From: Candidatus Phoenicimicrobium oleiphilum
GTDB taxonomy: Bacteria > Atribacterota > Phoenicimicrobiia > Phoenicimicrobiales > Phoenicimicrobiaceae
DNA length: 31,168 bases
Assembly: GCA_039638295.1 (NCBI GenBank)
Contig: JBDIWJ010000015.1
Span: 1 to 31,168 of the forward strand
Direction of reading: 5' to 3'
This document shows positions 11,333 through 22,061 of the stretch, one piece after another (the stretch's first letter is position 1; every line of letters begins with the position of its first letter). Under the pieces are notes generated by a model. That model did not search any database. It was given only the letters and a program-made list of their open reading frames with translations, and was not told the origin of the DNA. Position numbers and translations under genes: made by a program.

Positions 11333-12007
11333 ATGAAAGTTACACTTATAAATTACACTAAAAATCCTGAAAGGATAATCGCTCAATCAGCAAGATTATG
11401 TTATTCTGCATCAGGCATTGAAGAATTAAATGAAAAGCTTACCGATAAATCGATATCGAAGTTAATTAAAAAGATAATGAAATTAGGACATTATTCTGTT
11501 TTGGAACATGCCACTTTTACTTTTGCTATAGAAGATATATCCAGAGTTACTTCTCATCAATTAGTACGACATCGGCTTGCCTCTTTTTCTCAACAGAGTC
11601 AAAGATATGTTAAAATAGAAGAAGAAGGATTTCCATATATTGTACCAGAATCTATCGCGAAGAATGGTAACTTAAATAAAATATTTATTAATACTATAAA
11701 TAAATTAGATGGTATTTACCATCTATTGATGGATAATGGTATAAAAGCAGAAGATGCCAGATATATTTTGCCACAGGCGGTCACAACTAAACTAATAATA
11801 ACTGCAAATGCTCGAGAATTACTGCATATTTTTAGGTTAAGATGTTGTAACAGAGCTCAATGGGAGATTAGAAAAGTTGCAATAAATATGTTAAAAGAAG
11901 TTAGAGATGTTGCGCCAATTATATTTGAAAATGCTGGTCCCCCTTGCGTTTCAGGACCTTGCCCTGAAGGAGAATTATCTTGTGGCAAACCCTGGTCTAA
12001 AAAATAA
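11333..12007 (+). CDS. thyX: Flavin-dependent thymidylate synthase
   Basis: GHYSVLEHA, ThyX motif RHRLASFSQQSQRY, EDARYILP, AQWEIR. Start at ATG 11333 after GAGGT; the longer ORF start is repeat-derived. Confidence 0.97.
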   Translation: MKVTLINYTKNPERIIAQSARLCYSASGIEELNEKLTDKSISKLIKKIMKLGHYSVLEHATFTFAIEDISRVTSHQLVRHRLASFSQQSQRYVKIEEEGFPYIVPESIAKNGNLNKIFINTINKLDGIYHLLMDNGIKAEDARYILPQAVTTKLIITANARELLHIFRLRCCNRAQWEIRKVAINMLKEVRDVAPIIFENAGPPCVSGPCPEGELSCGKPWSKK

Positions 12008-12032
12008 CAAAAAAAGGAGTAACTCGATAAAA

Positions 12033-12914
12033 ATGAATAATAGTAATTGCAATTATGGAGGTCAAGCAGTAATTGAGGGGGTAATGATGAGATCTCCTTT
12101 AAAATATGCTATTGCTGTGCGCAGACCAGATAAAGAAATAGTTTTAAAAATAGGCAAATTGAGTTCTTTATCCAACAAATTAAAATTTCTTAAATGGCCT
12201 ATTTTTAGAGGAATAATCAATTTAATCGACTCTTTAGTCCTTGGTCTAAAGGCATTAACCTATTCCGCAGAACAAGCTACAGGAGAAGAAGAAAAAATAA
12301 ATAATGTGGAAATGTTTTTTACTATACTGATTGCTTTTGGATTATTTATAGTCTTCTTTATAGCTTTTCCTACAGCAATTGCCAAATATTTAGATAAATA
12401 TCTTCCCAATTTAATTATATATAATTTGTTTGAGGGAGCGCTAAGGATTGGCATATTTATTCTTTATTTAAATTTTATATCAAGATTAAAAGATGTCAAA
12501 AGGGTATTTGAATATCATGGTGCAGAACATAAGGTAATATATACCTATGAAGCAGGTGAAGAACTTAAGGTTGATAATGTAAGGAAATATAGCACTTTGC
12601 ACCCTCGATGTGGAACAAGTTTTATTTTTATTGTTTTAGTAATAAGCATCTTAATATTTTCTTTATTGGGTAAGCAAACTTTGCTTTTAAGGATAGTATA
12701 TCGAGTATCTATAATTCCATTAATAGCTGGTCTGTCTTATGAAATATTAAAATTATCAGCAAAAAACCTTGATAAGCCATTAGTAAGATGGGCAGTTATG
12801 CCAGGATTATGGTTTCAGAGACTTACCACAAAAGAACCTGATGACAGTCAAATAGAAGTTGCCATAAAGGCATTACGTGGAGTGCTACCCGAAAATAACG
12901 AAATTATTAAATAA
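12033..12914 (+). CDS. DUF1385 domain membrane protein
   Basis: [37 protein letters not shown]; usual position before prfA. Start moved to ATG 12033. Confidence 0.92.
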   Translation: MNNSNCNYGGQAVIEGVMMRSPLKYAIAVRRPDKEIVLKIGKLSSLSNKLKFLKWPIFRGIINLIDSLVLGLKALTYSAEQATGEEEKINNVEMFFTILIAFGLFIVFFIAFPTAIAKYLDKYLPNLIIYNLFEGALRIGIFILYLNFISRLKDVKRVFEYHGAEHKVIYTYEAGEELKVDNVRKYSTLHPRCGTSFIFIVLVISILIFSLLGKQTLLLRIVYRVSIIPLIAGLSYEILKLSAKNLDKPLVRWAVMPGLWFQRLTTKEPDDSQIEVAIKALRGVLPENNEIIK

Positions 12915-12927
12915 GAAGTGGTGTATT

Positions 12928-13998
12928 ATGTTTAAAAAATTGGAAGAATATGAAAAAAAATATGAAGAATTAAATATTTTACTTTCTAATCCCAAGATTA
13001 TTGCTGATCAATCCCAATTTCAGCAATATTCTAAAACACATTCCGAAATTTCAAAAACTGTGTTAAAGTATAAGGAATATAAAAAAATATTAAAAGAAAT
13101 TGAAGAAAATTTAAAAATGTTAGAAGCAGAAAAAGATAGCGAATTTAAAAAACTAATAAAGGAAGATCTGGAAAGATTAGAAAAGAAAAAGACAAATTTG
13201 GAGTTAGAATTAAAGGAACTTATATTTCCTGAAGATCCTTATGATAAAAAGAATATAATTGTAGAAATTAGAGCTGGTGCTGGTGGTGATGAAGCAGCAC
13301 TTTTTGTAGGTGATCTTTTCAGGATGTATTCTCGATATTCCGAAGCAAATGGTTGGAAAACTGAAATAATGAATTCTAGTCCTACTGAAATTGGAGGATT
13401 CAAGGAGATAATATTTAACATAACCGGAACAGATGTTTATAAAAAACTAAAATATGAAAGCGGGGTGCATCGAGTACAGCGTGTTCCTATAACTGAATCA
13501 AGTGGTAGAATACATACTTCGACTGTTACAGTTGCAATACTACCAGAAGCAGAAGAAGTAGAGTTTGAAATTAATCCGAATGATTTAAAAATCGACCGTT
13601 TTCGTTCTACCGGACCTGGAGGTCAGAGTGTTAATACCACAGATTCAGCCGTGAGGATCACTCATATCCCTACTGGAATAGTGACTACCTGTCAAGATGA
13701 GAAGTCTCAACATAAAAATAAAGAAAAAGCTTTAAAAATATTAAGAGCAAGGCTTTTAGATAAAATGGAAAGAGAGAGACACGAAAAGATTGATCAAAAA
13801 AGAAGAAAACAGGTTGGTACAGGGGATCGAAGTGAGAGGATTAGGACCTATAATTTTCCTCAAAATAGAATTACTGACCATCGTATTAATTTGACCTTAC
13901 ATAATTTAGAAGAGGTATTAGAGGGAAATTTGGATAATTTATTAAATGCTTTATCAGAAAAATTAAAAAAGAGCAGTGATGACTTAAATGATGAGTGA
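12928..13998 (+). CDS. prfA: Peptide chain release factor 1
   Basis: [11 protein letters not shown], PxT motif [26 protein letters not shown]. Start moved to ATG 12928. Confidence 0.98.
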   Translation: MFKKLEEYEKKYEELNILLSNPKIIADQSQFQQYSKTHSEISKTVLKYKEYKKILKEIEENLKMLEAEKDSEFKKLIKEDLERLEKKKTNLELELKELIFPEDPYDKKNIIVEIRAGAGGDEAALFVGDLFRMYSRYSEANGWKTEIMNSSPTEIGGFKEIIFNITGTDVYKKLKYESGVHRVQRVPITESSGRIHTSTVTVAILPEAEEVEFEINPNDLKIDRFRSTGPGGQSVNTTDSAVRITHIPTGIVTTCQDEKSQHKNKEKALKILRARLLDKMERERHEKIDQKRRKQVGTGDRSERIRTYNFPQNRITDHRINLTLHNLEEVLEGNLDNLLNALSEKLKKSSDDLNDE

Positions 13999-14887
13999 AA
14001 CTAAGGATGAGTTTAAAACCATAGGACAAGCTTTACGATACATTAATAAATTGTTGGAAAACGCTAAAATTATTAATTCATCAGGAGAAGCAGAAATATT
14101 ATTAAGTTATTTATTAAAAATGAACAGGAGTGAAATATACTTAAATTTTGATAAGATATTAAGTAATAATGAGAAAAGAGAATTAGAACAGGCAATCCAG
14201 AAAAGATTAAAAAATATTCCTCTTCAATATATTACCAAACATCAAGAATTTATGGGAATGGATTTTTTTATTGAAGAAGGAGTTTTGATTCCTAGACCTG
14301 AAACCGAAATTTTAGTAGAAAAAATTATTGAAAAATTAAAAAATAAAAAGCCAGATTCTCCTTTAAGAGTAGTTGATTTAGGAACAGGTTCAGGGATAAT
14401 CGCTATAAGTATTGCAAAATATATAAAAGATATTACTATTTATGCCACCGATATATCTGAAAAAACTTTAAAATTAGCATTTAAAAACGCCCATAAACAT
14501 AATTGTGAAGATAGAATAATATTCTTACAAGGAGATTTATTTGAACCTCTAAGAGAGAAAATAGATCAAAACAGTTTAGACGGGATCGTTTCCAACCCTC
14601 CTTATATAAGCTTAGAGGATTTTAAATCATTACCGATTGAAATAAAGGAAAAGGAACCAAAGATTGCTTTGTATGGTGGTATTAATGGGATAGATTATTA
14701 TCGAAAAATTATTAAAAAAGCCTCTTATTTTTTAAAAAAGAATGGTTTCTTAGCTTTAGAAGTGGGTGCTGGTCAGGCAAAAAAGGTAAAAGAATTGATT
14801 CTAAAAGAACATAATTTTAAACAGAATATAGAAATTTTTAAAGACTATTCTAATATAGAGAGAGTAGTAATAACATATCGTAAATAA
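13988..14887 (+). CDS. prmC: Release factor glutamine methyltransferase
   Basis: [26 protein letters not shown]; follows prfA. Confidence 0.97.
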   Translation: MMSETKDEFKTIGQALRYINKLLENAKIINSSGEAEILLSYLLKMNRSEIYLNFDKILSNNEKRELEQAIQKRLKNIPLQYITKHQEFMGMDFFIEEGVLIPRPETEILVEKIIEKLKNKKPDSPLRVVDLGTGSGIIAISIAKYIKDITIYATDISEKTLKLAFKNAHKHNCEDRIIFLQGDLFEPLREKIDQNSLDGIVSNPPYISLEDFKSLPIEIKEKEPKIALYGGINGIDYYRKIIKKASYFLKKNGFLALEVGAGQAKKVKELILKEHNFKQNIEIFKDYSNIERVVITYRK

Positions 14888-14891
14888 AAAG

Positions 14892-15116
14892 ACAGTTTAC
14901 AGTATCGAGTATATAGTTATTTAGTTAAGAAAGTAAAAAAGAGAGAAAGGTAGGGGGCTTGATTTATCGAGCCCACAAAAAAATTATCAAAATGATACGA
15001 GTTGAATAAATTCGACCCCTACATCAGACAATGCAAAGAAAGTTTTGATCCTCATTTTTATGGGGACAGGATTTTGAATTATGTTTTTTGGTTTTACGTT
15101 TTAAGTTTATAGTTTA
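14892..15116. repeat. Composite spacer: 7-mer array, GTAG REP-like doublet, TTTTGAA array containing a 22-nt insert
   Basis: ACAGTAT CGAGTAT ATAGTTA; doublet 14950-15022; insert 15049-15070. Confidence 0.85.
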
Positions 15117-15132
15117 CAAGGATTTTTAAAAA

Positions 15133-15636
15133 ATGATTAGATCAATTTTATTTGTCTGTACTGGAAATACCTGCCGTAGCCCAATGGCTCAAGGTATGTT
15201 TAAAAAAATATTACAAGAAAAAGATAAAGAGTATTATCGATATAATATTCAATCTGCAGGAATTTCTGCTATTCCAGGAATCAAACCTACTGTTGAAGCG
15301 GTCAAAGTTATGTTGGAACACGGGATAGATATTTCTCAATATGAGTCCCAGCCATTAGAAGAAGATTCAATTAAAAGAGCAGATTTAATTTTGGTTATGA
15401 CCAATGAACATAAGGAATACATTAAAAAAAAATATCCTTTTGCGCAAAATAAAGTTTTCCTTATTAAGGAATTTGGGCAAAAAAAATATAGTAATAGCCC
15501 TCAAAAAAATGATAAAAAATATGATATTGATGACCCTATTGGGAGATCTATCGATTTTTATAGAATCATAGCAAAAGATTTAGAAATAAATTTAAAAAAA
15601 ATTGCAAATATAATTATTGAAAAAAATAATCAATGA
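15133..15636 (+). CDS. ywlE: Low-molecular-weight protein phosphatase, YwlE-like (probable arginine phosphatase)
   Basis: P-loop CTGNTCRS and DIDDPIG; position between prmC and rpiB. Confidence 0.85.
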   Translation: MIRSILFVCTGNTCRSPMAQGMFKKILQEKDKEYYRYNIQSAGISAIPGIKPTVEAVKVMLEHGIDISQYESQPLEEDSIKRADLILVMTNEHKEYIKKKYPFAQNKVFLIKEFGQKKYSNSPQKNDKKYDIDDPIGRSIDFYRIIAKDLEINLKKIANIIIEKNNQ

Positions 15637-15654
15637 TGGTGGTGAAACAGGATA

Positions 15655-16107
15655 ATGAAAATTGCCTTAGGAAGCGATCATGGTGGATATAAATTAAAAG
15701 AACACCTAAAAAAATATTTAGAAGAATTAAATATAGAATATACCGATTTCGGATGCGATAACGAACAACCAGTTGATTATCCAGATATAGGTTTTAAAGT
15801 TTCTAATGAAGTAATAAATGGAAATTTTGATAAAGGAATTTTAATTTGTGGAACCGGTATTGGAATGTCAATAGTTGCCAATAAAATAAAAGGTATCAGA
15901 GCTTCTCTTTGTAATGATGTATTTTCCGCCCGAAATGCCCGAGAACATAATGATTCGAATATTTTAACCTTAGGGGCAAGAGTTATTGGTATAGGACTGG
16001 CTCGAGAAATAGTTAAAGTATGGCTAAATACTGATTTTAGTCAGGAAGAAAGGCATATTATACGCTTGAATAAAATTAAACAAGAGGAAAATAAAATATA
16101 TAAATAA
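15655..16107 (+). CDS. rpiB: Ribose-5-phosphate isomerase B
   Basis: GSDHGG, VDYPD, CGTGIGMSIVANK, AREHNDSN. Confidence 0.97.
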   Translation: MKIALGSDHGGYKLKEHLKKYLEELNIEYTDFGCDNEQPVDYPDIGFKVSNEVINGNFDKGILICGTGIGMSIVANKIKGIRASLCNDVFSARNAREHNDSNILTLGARVIGIGLAREIVKVWLNTDFSQEERHIIRLNKIKQEENKIYK

Positions 16108-16370
16108 ATTAGTATCTCGTATATCGTAAAGAGAATAAGAGCCAGCAGTGAGAAACAGTTATGTCATTGCGAAGAGTAAAGCGACAAAGCAACCTTAAAC
16201 CGAGATTGCCACCCCCTAATAGAATTAGGGCTCGCAATGACAATTGGAACAAAATGCTTTTTTATTTCTCTAAATATTTACGAGATACTAAATACAAGAT
16301 ACTAGATACGAAATTTCTAACCGCTGCCCGCTATACGCTATACAATATACGAAATACTATATACGAGAAA
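16108..16370. repeat. Inverted 7-mer arrays enclosing a TGTC-tagged palindromic dimer
   Basis: TTAGTATCTCGTA (from 16109) versus TACGAGATACTAA (from 16279); TGTCATTGCGA...TCGCAATGACA at 16162-16242; CGCTATA CGCTATA CAATATA CGAAATA up to 16370. Confidence 0.88.
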
Positions 16371-16386
16371 TAAGGAGGAAGTATCA

Positions 16387-17016
16387 TTGCCTGAAGTAAA
16401 CATTTTAAACCACCCTTTAATCCAGCACAAATTAACTCTAATCAGAGATAAGAATACCCCATTAAAAGAGTTCAGAGAATTAGTAGATGAACTGTCCAAT
16501 CTAATGGCTTATGAAGTTACCAGGGAAATAAAGTTAAAAGAAATTGAAATAGAAACTCCCATTTCGAGAACAAAAAGCAAAGTAATATCTGGAAAAAATA
16601 TTGCTGTTATTGCCATTTTAAGGGCGGGTTTGGGAATGGTTAATGGTATCTTAAAACTAATTCCACCAGCAAAAGTTGGACATATTGGCATTTATCGAAA
16701 TCCAGAAACATTAAAACCAGTTGAGTATTACGCTAAATTACCATCTGATATTAAGGAAAGAAAAATTATTTTGGTAGATCCAATGTTGGCTACCGGAGGA
16801 ACAGCAGTTGCTTGTATAGACTATTTGAAGAAAAATGGAACAACAGATATAAAATTTATGTGTTTAATCGCTGCTCCTGAAGGAATAAATTATTTGCAAA
16901 AATATCATCCTGATATCAAGATATATACAGCTGCTGTTGATGAAAGACTAAATTCACATGGCTATATCGTTCCTGGATTGGGGGATGCAGGTGATAGATT
17001 ATTTGGAACAAAATAA
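16387..17016 (+). CDS. upp: Uracil phosphoribosyltransferase
   Basis: [44 protein letters not shown] start after AAGGAGG. Confidence 0.99.
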   Translation: MPEVNILNHPLIQHKLTLIRDKNTPLKEFRELVDELSNLMAYEVTREIKLKEIEIETPISRTKSKVISGKNIAVIAILRAGLGMVNGILKLIPPAKVGHIGIYRNPETLKPVEYYAKLPSDIKERKIILVDPMLATGGTAVACIDYLKKNGTTDIKFMCLIAAPEGINYLQKYHPDIKIYTAAVDERLNSHGYIVPGLGDAGDRLFGTK

Positions 17017-17207
17017 ATTAGTATCTTATATCTCGTGAATCGTATCTCGCTAAGACTGTTAGCCGCTTAGCCAGTTTACCGGTTATCCGATTAAAAAAAT
17101 AATATCAGGCTGGTTAACTGTAACAACTAACTTTTCGTCTTGCAACTGAGAACTTGTATTCGAAATTACTGGCTAGTGTTAACTGGCTAACCGGGCAACT
17201 GGGTAAC
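17017..17207. repeat. 7-mer array plus inverted 8-mer array pair
   Basis: TAGTATC TTATATC TCGTGAA TCGTATC; GTTAGCCG CTTAGCCA GTTTACCG GTTATCCG (from 17058) versus AACTGGCT AACCGGGC AACTGGGT (from 17181). Confidence 0.85.
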
Positions 17208-17251
17208 AATTGTATATATTTTACGCTAAATTTATAAAGGAGGTAGTATCT

Positions 17252-17695
17252 ATGACCCGTCCAACCTGGGATGAATATTTTATGGAAATAACCGAATTAG
17301 TATCAAAACGTTCTACTTGTCTGCGAAGAAGGGTGGGGGCGGTAATTGTGAAAGATAAACGTATACTTACTACTGGTTATAATGGAGCTCCCAGGGGACT
17401 TCCTCATTGCCTGGAAGTAGGTTGTTTAAGAGAAAAGAGAAAAATTGCTTCTGGAGAAAGACAAGAATTGTGCCGAGGGTTACATGCTGAACAAAATGCA
17501 ATTGTTCAGGCTGCATTATACGGCATTAGTATTCGGGGAAGCATATTATATTGCACTAGCCAGCCGTGTGTTACTTGTGCAAAAATGATTATAAATTCAG
17601 GAATAATAAAGATTATTTATAAGGAAAAATATCCAGATGAATTAGCCCGAAAGTTACTAAAAGAAGCAGGGGTAGTTGAGATTTGTTATGAATAA
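17252..17695 (+). CDS. dCMP deaminase family protein
   Basis: [35 protein letters not shown]. Start at ATG 17252 after AAGGAGG. Confidence 0.93.
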   Translation: MTRPTWDEYFMEITELVSKRSTCLRRRVGAVIVKDKRILTTGYNGAPRGLPHCLEVGCLREKRKIASGERQELCRGLHAEQNAIVQAALYGISIRGSILYCTSQPCVTCAKMIINSGIIKIIYKEKYPDELARKLLKEAGVVEICYE

Positions 17696-18845
17696 AATAT
17701 TAATTGCTATAATATTCGGGACTCGTCCCGAAGCTATAAAAATGTTTCCTATAATATATGAGATTAAAAAATATCCTCATTTAATAGATTCAAAAATTAT
17801 AGTTACTGGTCAACATCGTGAAATGTTAGATCAAATGTTAGAGATTTTTCATATTACTCCCGATTATGATTTAGGAATTATGGAACATAGACAATCATTA
17901 TCACATATCACTAAGAATAGTCTTTTAGGCATTGAAAGAATATTAGAGAAAGAAAGACCAACTATGGTACTGGTACAGGGTGATACTACTACTACCTTTG
18001 CTGGAGCTCTGGCTGCTTTTTATCAAAAAATAAAAATAGGCCATGTTGAAGCTGGTCTTAGGACAAATAATAAATATTACCCTTTTCCAGAAGAAATAAA
18101 TCGTCACTTAACCAGTGTATTAGCTGACCTTCACTTTGCTCCAACTGAAAAATCCTGTCAAAATTTAGTTTTGGAAGGGGTAAAAAGAGAGAATATTTTT
18201 ATTAGCGGAAACACAGTTATAGATTCTTTATTTTTGATGACTAAAGAAAATTATATTTTTAACGAGTCACTATTACAAGAAAAAAAAATGCTTAAGAAAA
18301 AAATTATTTTAGTAACTATGCATAGAAGGGAAAATTGGGGAGAACCATTAAGAGAGACTTGCCAGGCTTTACTTAAGCTTATTGATGAATACTCTGATTT
18401 AATGGTAATTTTCCCTATTCATAAAAATCCTGAGATAAGGAAAAATGTTAAAAAAATTTTAGAAAATAATAAAAGAGTCTTGCTTATCGATACTTTGGAT
18501 TATAGAGATATGGTAAACTTAATGTGTAAATCCTATATCATACTTACTGATTCTGGTGGTATACAAGAAGAGGCGCCTTCCTTGGGGAAGCCCGTTTTAG
18601 TATTACGAAATGAAACAGAAAGGCCTGAAGCAGTTGAAGTAGGGGCAGTAAAATTAATTGGAACTAATAGTGAAAAGATTTTTAATGAAGTCAAGGAGTT
18701 ATTAGACAATAAAGAGAGATATTGGAAAATGACTGGACATATTAATCCTTACGGGGATGGAAAAGCTTCGGAAAGAATTGTTAAAAGAATATTATATTAT
18801 TTCAATTTAATTGAACAATCCCCTAAAGAATTTGTGGTAAAATAG
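17688..18845 (+). CDS. wecB: UDP-N-acetylglucosamine 2-epimerase (non-hydrolysing)
   Basis: [51 protein letters not shown]. Confidence 0.97.
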   Translation: MNKILIAIIFGTRPEAIKMFPIIYEIKKYPHLIDSKIIVTGQHREMLDQMLEIFHITPDYDLGIMEHRQSLSHITKNSLLGIERILEKERPTMVLVQGDTTTTFAGALAAFYQKIKIGHVEAGLRTNNKYYPFPEEINRHLTSVLADLHFAPTEKSCQNLVLEGVKRENIFISGNTVIDSLFLMTKENYIFNESLLQEKKMLKKKIILVTMHRRENWGEPLRETCQALLKLIDEYSDLMVIFPIHKNPEIRKNVKKILENNKRVLLIDTLDYRDMVNLMCKSYIILTDSGGIQEEAPSLGKPVLVLRNETERPEAVEVGAVKLIGTNSEKIFNEVKELLDNKERYWKMTGHINPYGDGKASERIVKRILYYFNLIEQSPKEFVVK

Positions 18846-18937
18846 TTAAAGTTTAAAATTGAAAGTGAAAAGCTATATCGGTTAGTTGGTTACTTGGTTA
18901 GTTAGTGCTCTATTAAATAAAGTATGTTATATTTCTA

Positions 18938-19033
18938 GAGATTGCTTCCCCTATTTTCGCAGGGGCAGGCTTACTTTGCTCCTCGCAAAGACAATCGATG
19001 TTATGTCATTGCGAGCGTTAGCGAAGCAATCTC
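18938..19033. repeat. TGTC-tagged palindromic dimer (arranged opposite to the 16162 copy) with a 22-nt insert
   Basis: GAGATTGCTT[insert]C...CTCGCAAAGACA followed by TGTCATTGCGAGCGTTAGCGAAGCAATCTC; 7/8-mer arrays at 18846-18905. Confidence 0.8.
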
Positions 19034-19106
19034 AAAACTGTATTACCTTAGTTATATTAGCACTAGATATTATCTGTTAACAAATATTTAGGGATGTGAT
19101 TCTTTT

Positions 19107-19778
19107 ATGTTTCCTATCTGGGATGATGTACCTACCAAAAAGTTTCCCTTGATTACTGTATTATTAATTATATTAGATACAATAGTATTTTTATACCAAG
19201 TATCTTTAGGTGAAAGTTTTAATGAGTTTATCTATTCAATGGGATTATTGCCTTTTGAGATTACTCATCATACTGATATATTTCCTTCGGGTCCTTCACC
19301 TATATACTTAACCATATTTACTTCTATATTTATGCATGGTAGTATAGTTCATTTGTTAGGGAATATGCTATTTTTATGGATATTTGGTAATAATGTAGAA
19401 GACTATTTGGGTAGAAGAAATTTTATAATCTTTTACATTTTTTGCGGAATAGCTGCTGCCTTTACTCAGATTTTTATTAACCCAAATTCTACTGTGCCCA
19501 TGGTGGGAGCAAGTGGGGCCATAGCAGGAGTATTGGGGGGATATTTATTACTTTATCCTAGGGCAAGGGTGACTACCATAATTATTTTTGGTTTTTTTAT
19601 AAGGTTAGTTAGAATACCAGCAGTTATTGTATTGAGTTTTTGGATAATATACCAATTTTTATATGGTATATCTTCTTTAGCAGTTAGTACAGGGGGAGGG
19701 GTAGCCTGGTTTGCCCATATTGGTGGTTTTATTTGTGGAGTTATAATAATTAAATTATTTAAAACATTTATTGAATAG
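19107..19778 (+). CDS. Rhomboid family intramembrane serine protease
   Basis: FMHGSIVHLLGNMLFLWIFG, GASGA (catalytic Ser), AHIGG (catalytic His). Confidence 0.96.
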   Translation: MFPIWDDVPTKKFPLITVLLIILDTIVFLYQVSLGESFNEFIYSMGLLPFEITHHTDIFPSGPSPIYLTIFTSIFMHGSIVHLLGNMLFLWIFGNNVEDYLGRRNFIIFYIFCGIAAAFTQIFINPNSTVPMVGASGAIAGVLGGYLLLYPRARVTTIIIFGFFIRLVRIPAVIVLSFWIIYQFLYGISSLAVSTGGGVAWFAHIGGFICGVIIIKLFKTFIE

Positions 19779-19806
19779 AATATCTAGCTGACAGTGGATA
19801 GCAAAT

Positions 19807-20111
19807 TAGTATCGAGTATCGAGTATATAGTATGTAGTAAAGAAAACAAAAGAGAAAAAAGTAGTGGTTTGATTTATCAAACCCGTAAAAAATCCGGGGT
19901 GGATGAATCCGCCCCCTGCATAAAAAACAATACAACACTATAATAAGTTTTGAATTTTAAATTATGGTTTTTAATTTTTCGCTTTAAATTTTTAGTTTTG
20001 ATATAATCAAGATAAATCTGAACGAAATACGACATACGAGTTATTGTAGACTTTAGAGGGGTAGTTCTTTTTCTAAAATCGATACTCGATGCTATATACT
20101 CGATACTGTAT
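19807..20111. repeat. Composite spacer: 7-mer array, REP-like doublet, TTTTGAA array, inverted 7-mer arrays
   Basis: TAGTATC GAGTATC GAGTATA TAGTATG; doublet 19861-19919; T-rich 7-mers at about 19948-20001; CGATACT CGATGCT ATATACT CGATACT from 20080. Confidence 0.87.
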
Positions 20112-20118
20112 GTAAAGA

Positions 20119-20147
20119 TTGATAAATTAAAATAAGTAAGTTATAAT
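20119..20147 (+). promoter_or_regulatory. Putative sigma70-type promoter for the pfkB-CBS pair
   Basis: TTGATA-17nt-TATAAT. Confidence 0.6.
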
Positions 20148-20202
20148 TTTAAAAATATTAATGAGTAGTTTTAGTATTATAAAAAGGAAGGGATAAAGAA
20201 AT

Positions 20203-21147
20203 ATGATAGCTACAGTTACTTTAAATCCTGCTTTAGATGTAATATTAGAAGTTAACAATTTAAAATTAGATCATTATAATAAAGTTCATAATACTCAATT
20301 AACTTCGGGTGGCAAAGGTATAAATGTATCCAAGGCAGTTAGGGGATGTGGCAGAGAGACCATTGCTCTTGGGTTTTTGGGGGGAGATCGAGGAAGAACT
20401 ATTGAAGAAGAATTAAGAGGGCTAGGCATTACCACCAATTTTTGGCATATTGAGGAAAACACCAGAAGTAATATAATTATTTGGGACAAAAAAAATGGAC
20501 AACATACCTTACTTAGTGAACCCGGCCCCCAAATTACTGAATACGATTTAGAAATGCTTCATTCAATCTTTTATAGAGTTATGTCTCAATGTAGCATAGT
20601 TACACTTTCAGGTAGCCTACCTCGTGGAGTACCGGTAGATATTTATGCGAATTTAATCACTACAGCCAAAGAAAGAGGTGTAAAGACTATATTAAACGCT
20701 TCTGGAGAGCCATTTGTTAAAGGTTTAGAGAAGAAGCCATTTTTGGCTAAGCCCGATATTCGGGAAAGTAACAAAGTTTTTGGTATAGTAATTAATAAGG
20801 AAAAAGATGCTATTGAAGTAGCAAAGGAAGTTGTACGAAGAGGAGCAGAAATTGCTATAGTTTCTTTAGAACTAGAGAAAGATATAATAGCTACCAGAGA
20901 TGAATTATGGTTTGCAGAAACTACTTACCATAAAATTGTCAATCTAATTGGAGCAGGCGATGCTTTAGTTGCCGGTTTTGCTATTGCTTTAACCGAAGAA
21001 GAAAAAAAATTTAAAGAAGCAATTAAATTTTCAATGGCCTGCGCTTTAGCTAGTGCCTTAAGAGAAGAAGAGGAATTTAGTTCAAGAGAAGAGGTAGAAA
21101 AATGTCTGCAGTATGTAAATATTAAAAAATATGAAAATAAAGAGTGA
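20203..21147 (+). CDS. PfkB family hexose-phosphate kinase (1-phosphofructokinase-like)
   Basis: TVTLNPALD, GGKGINVS, LSGSLPRGV, GAGDA. Confidence 0.9.
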   Translation: MIATVTLNPALDVILEVNNLKLDHYNKVHNTQLTSGGKGINVSKAVRGCGRETIALGFLGGDRGRTIEEELRGLGITTNFWHIEENTRSNIIIWDKKNGQHTLLSEPGPQITEYDLEMLHSIFYRVMSQCSIVTLSGSLPRGVPVDIYANLITTAKERGVKTILNASGEPFVKGLEKKPFLAKPDIRESNKVFGIVINKEKDAIEVAKEVVRRGAEIAIVSLELEKDIIATRDELWFAETTYHKIVNLIGAGDALVAGFAIALTEEEKKFKEAIKFSMACALASALREEEEFSSREEVEKCLQYVNIKKYENKE

Positions 21148-21163
21148 GGGGTGAAATTTTAAT

Positions 21164-21616
21164 TTGAAAATAAGGGATATAATGATTCGCGATGTTACCA
21201 GCGTAATGGCTGATTGTAAATTAGTAGATTTAATAAAAATTTTATCCAGACATAAAATAACTGGTGTACCAGTAGTGAACCATAATCAAGAAGTTATTGG
21301 ATTTATATCACAACACGATGTAATCAAAGCTACTTTACCGAATTATTTAGGGATTATAAGCAGTGGTTCTATTCTATCTGAATTTATTCAATTATCTAAG
21401 AAATTAAAAGAATATTCCCAACATCCCATTAATGAATTTATGAGGAAAAATGTTATTACCGTAGATGAAGATGATAACGAAGTTTTAGCAGCTGATTTAC
21501 TGATTAGAAACAAAATACAAAGACTTCCTGTTCTCAGAGGGGGGAAATTAGCAGGAATAGTAACCTTAACTGATATCTGTCGAATTCTTATTGAGAAAAA
21601 TGAAAAAAAAGAATAA
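21164..21616 (+). CDS. CBS domain pair protein
   Basis: IRDIM, ITGVPVV...GFIS..D, IQRLPVL..GKLAGIVT..DI; TTG start after GAGGGGTG. Confidence 0.9.
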   Translation: MKIRDIMIRDVTSVMADCKLVDLIKILSRHKITGVPVVNHNQEVIGFISQHDVIKATLPNYLGIISSGSILSEFIQLSKKLKEYSQHPINEFMRKNVITVDEDDNEVLAADLLIRNKIQRLPVLRGGKLAGIVTLTDICRILIEKNEKKE

Positions 21617-21621
21617 TGAAA

Positions 21622-22033
21622 TTAGTATATAGTGAATAGTAATAAAACGAAAAACAAAGTTCGTATCTCGTATCTCGTGAATCGTATCTCATTGAGAAAT
21701 AAGTATTGAGTATATAGTATCGAGTATATAGTTAAGAAAATAATAATGTATAATATGTAGGGGCACGATGCATCGTGCCCACCAGAAAAATCAAGAAAAA
21801 CCTCGGGTCGGATAAATTCGAACCCTACATTAAAATTACTACTTTATACGAAATATTTTGAATTTTGTATTATAGTTTTTCGCCTTTTGCTTTAAGTTTT
21901 TACTTTAAAAAGGATAGATCAGAACTAATAGACAGGCGAGCCTGTTTCTTGTTTCCACCGGGACAGGCTCCGTATTCACTCCTGAATTCTGATTTTCTTA
22001 ACGAGATACTCGATACGCGATACGATATACTAA
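21622..22033. repeat. Composite spacer: three 7-mer arrays, GTAG doublet, TTTTGAA array, hairpin with 22-nt insert, inverted 7-mer array
   Basis: TCGTATC TCGTATC TCGTGAA TCGTATC from 21661; doublet 21757-21828; ACGAGAT ACTCGAT ACGCGAT ACGATAT from 22001. Confidence 0.88.
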
Positions 22034-22061
22034 CAACTAATTTAAACTTCCGAGGTAAATA

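Noticed and set aside
16161..16373. 70-aa ORF between rpiB and upp
   Set aside because: It is a translation of the TGTC palindrome and heptamer arrays ([20 protein letters not shown]), with no clear RBS.
18886..19080. 64-aa ORF
   Set aside because: Made of the 8-mer array and the palindromic dimer; no RBS.
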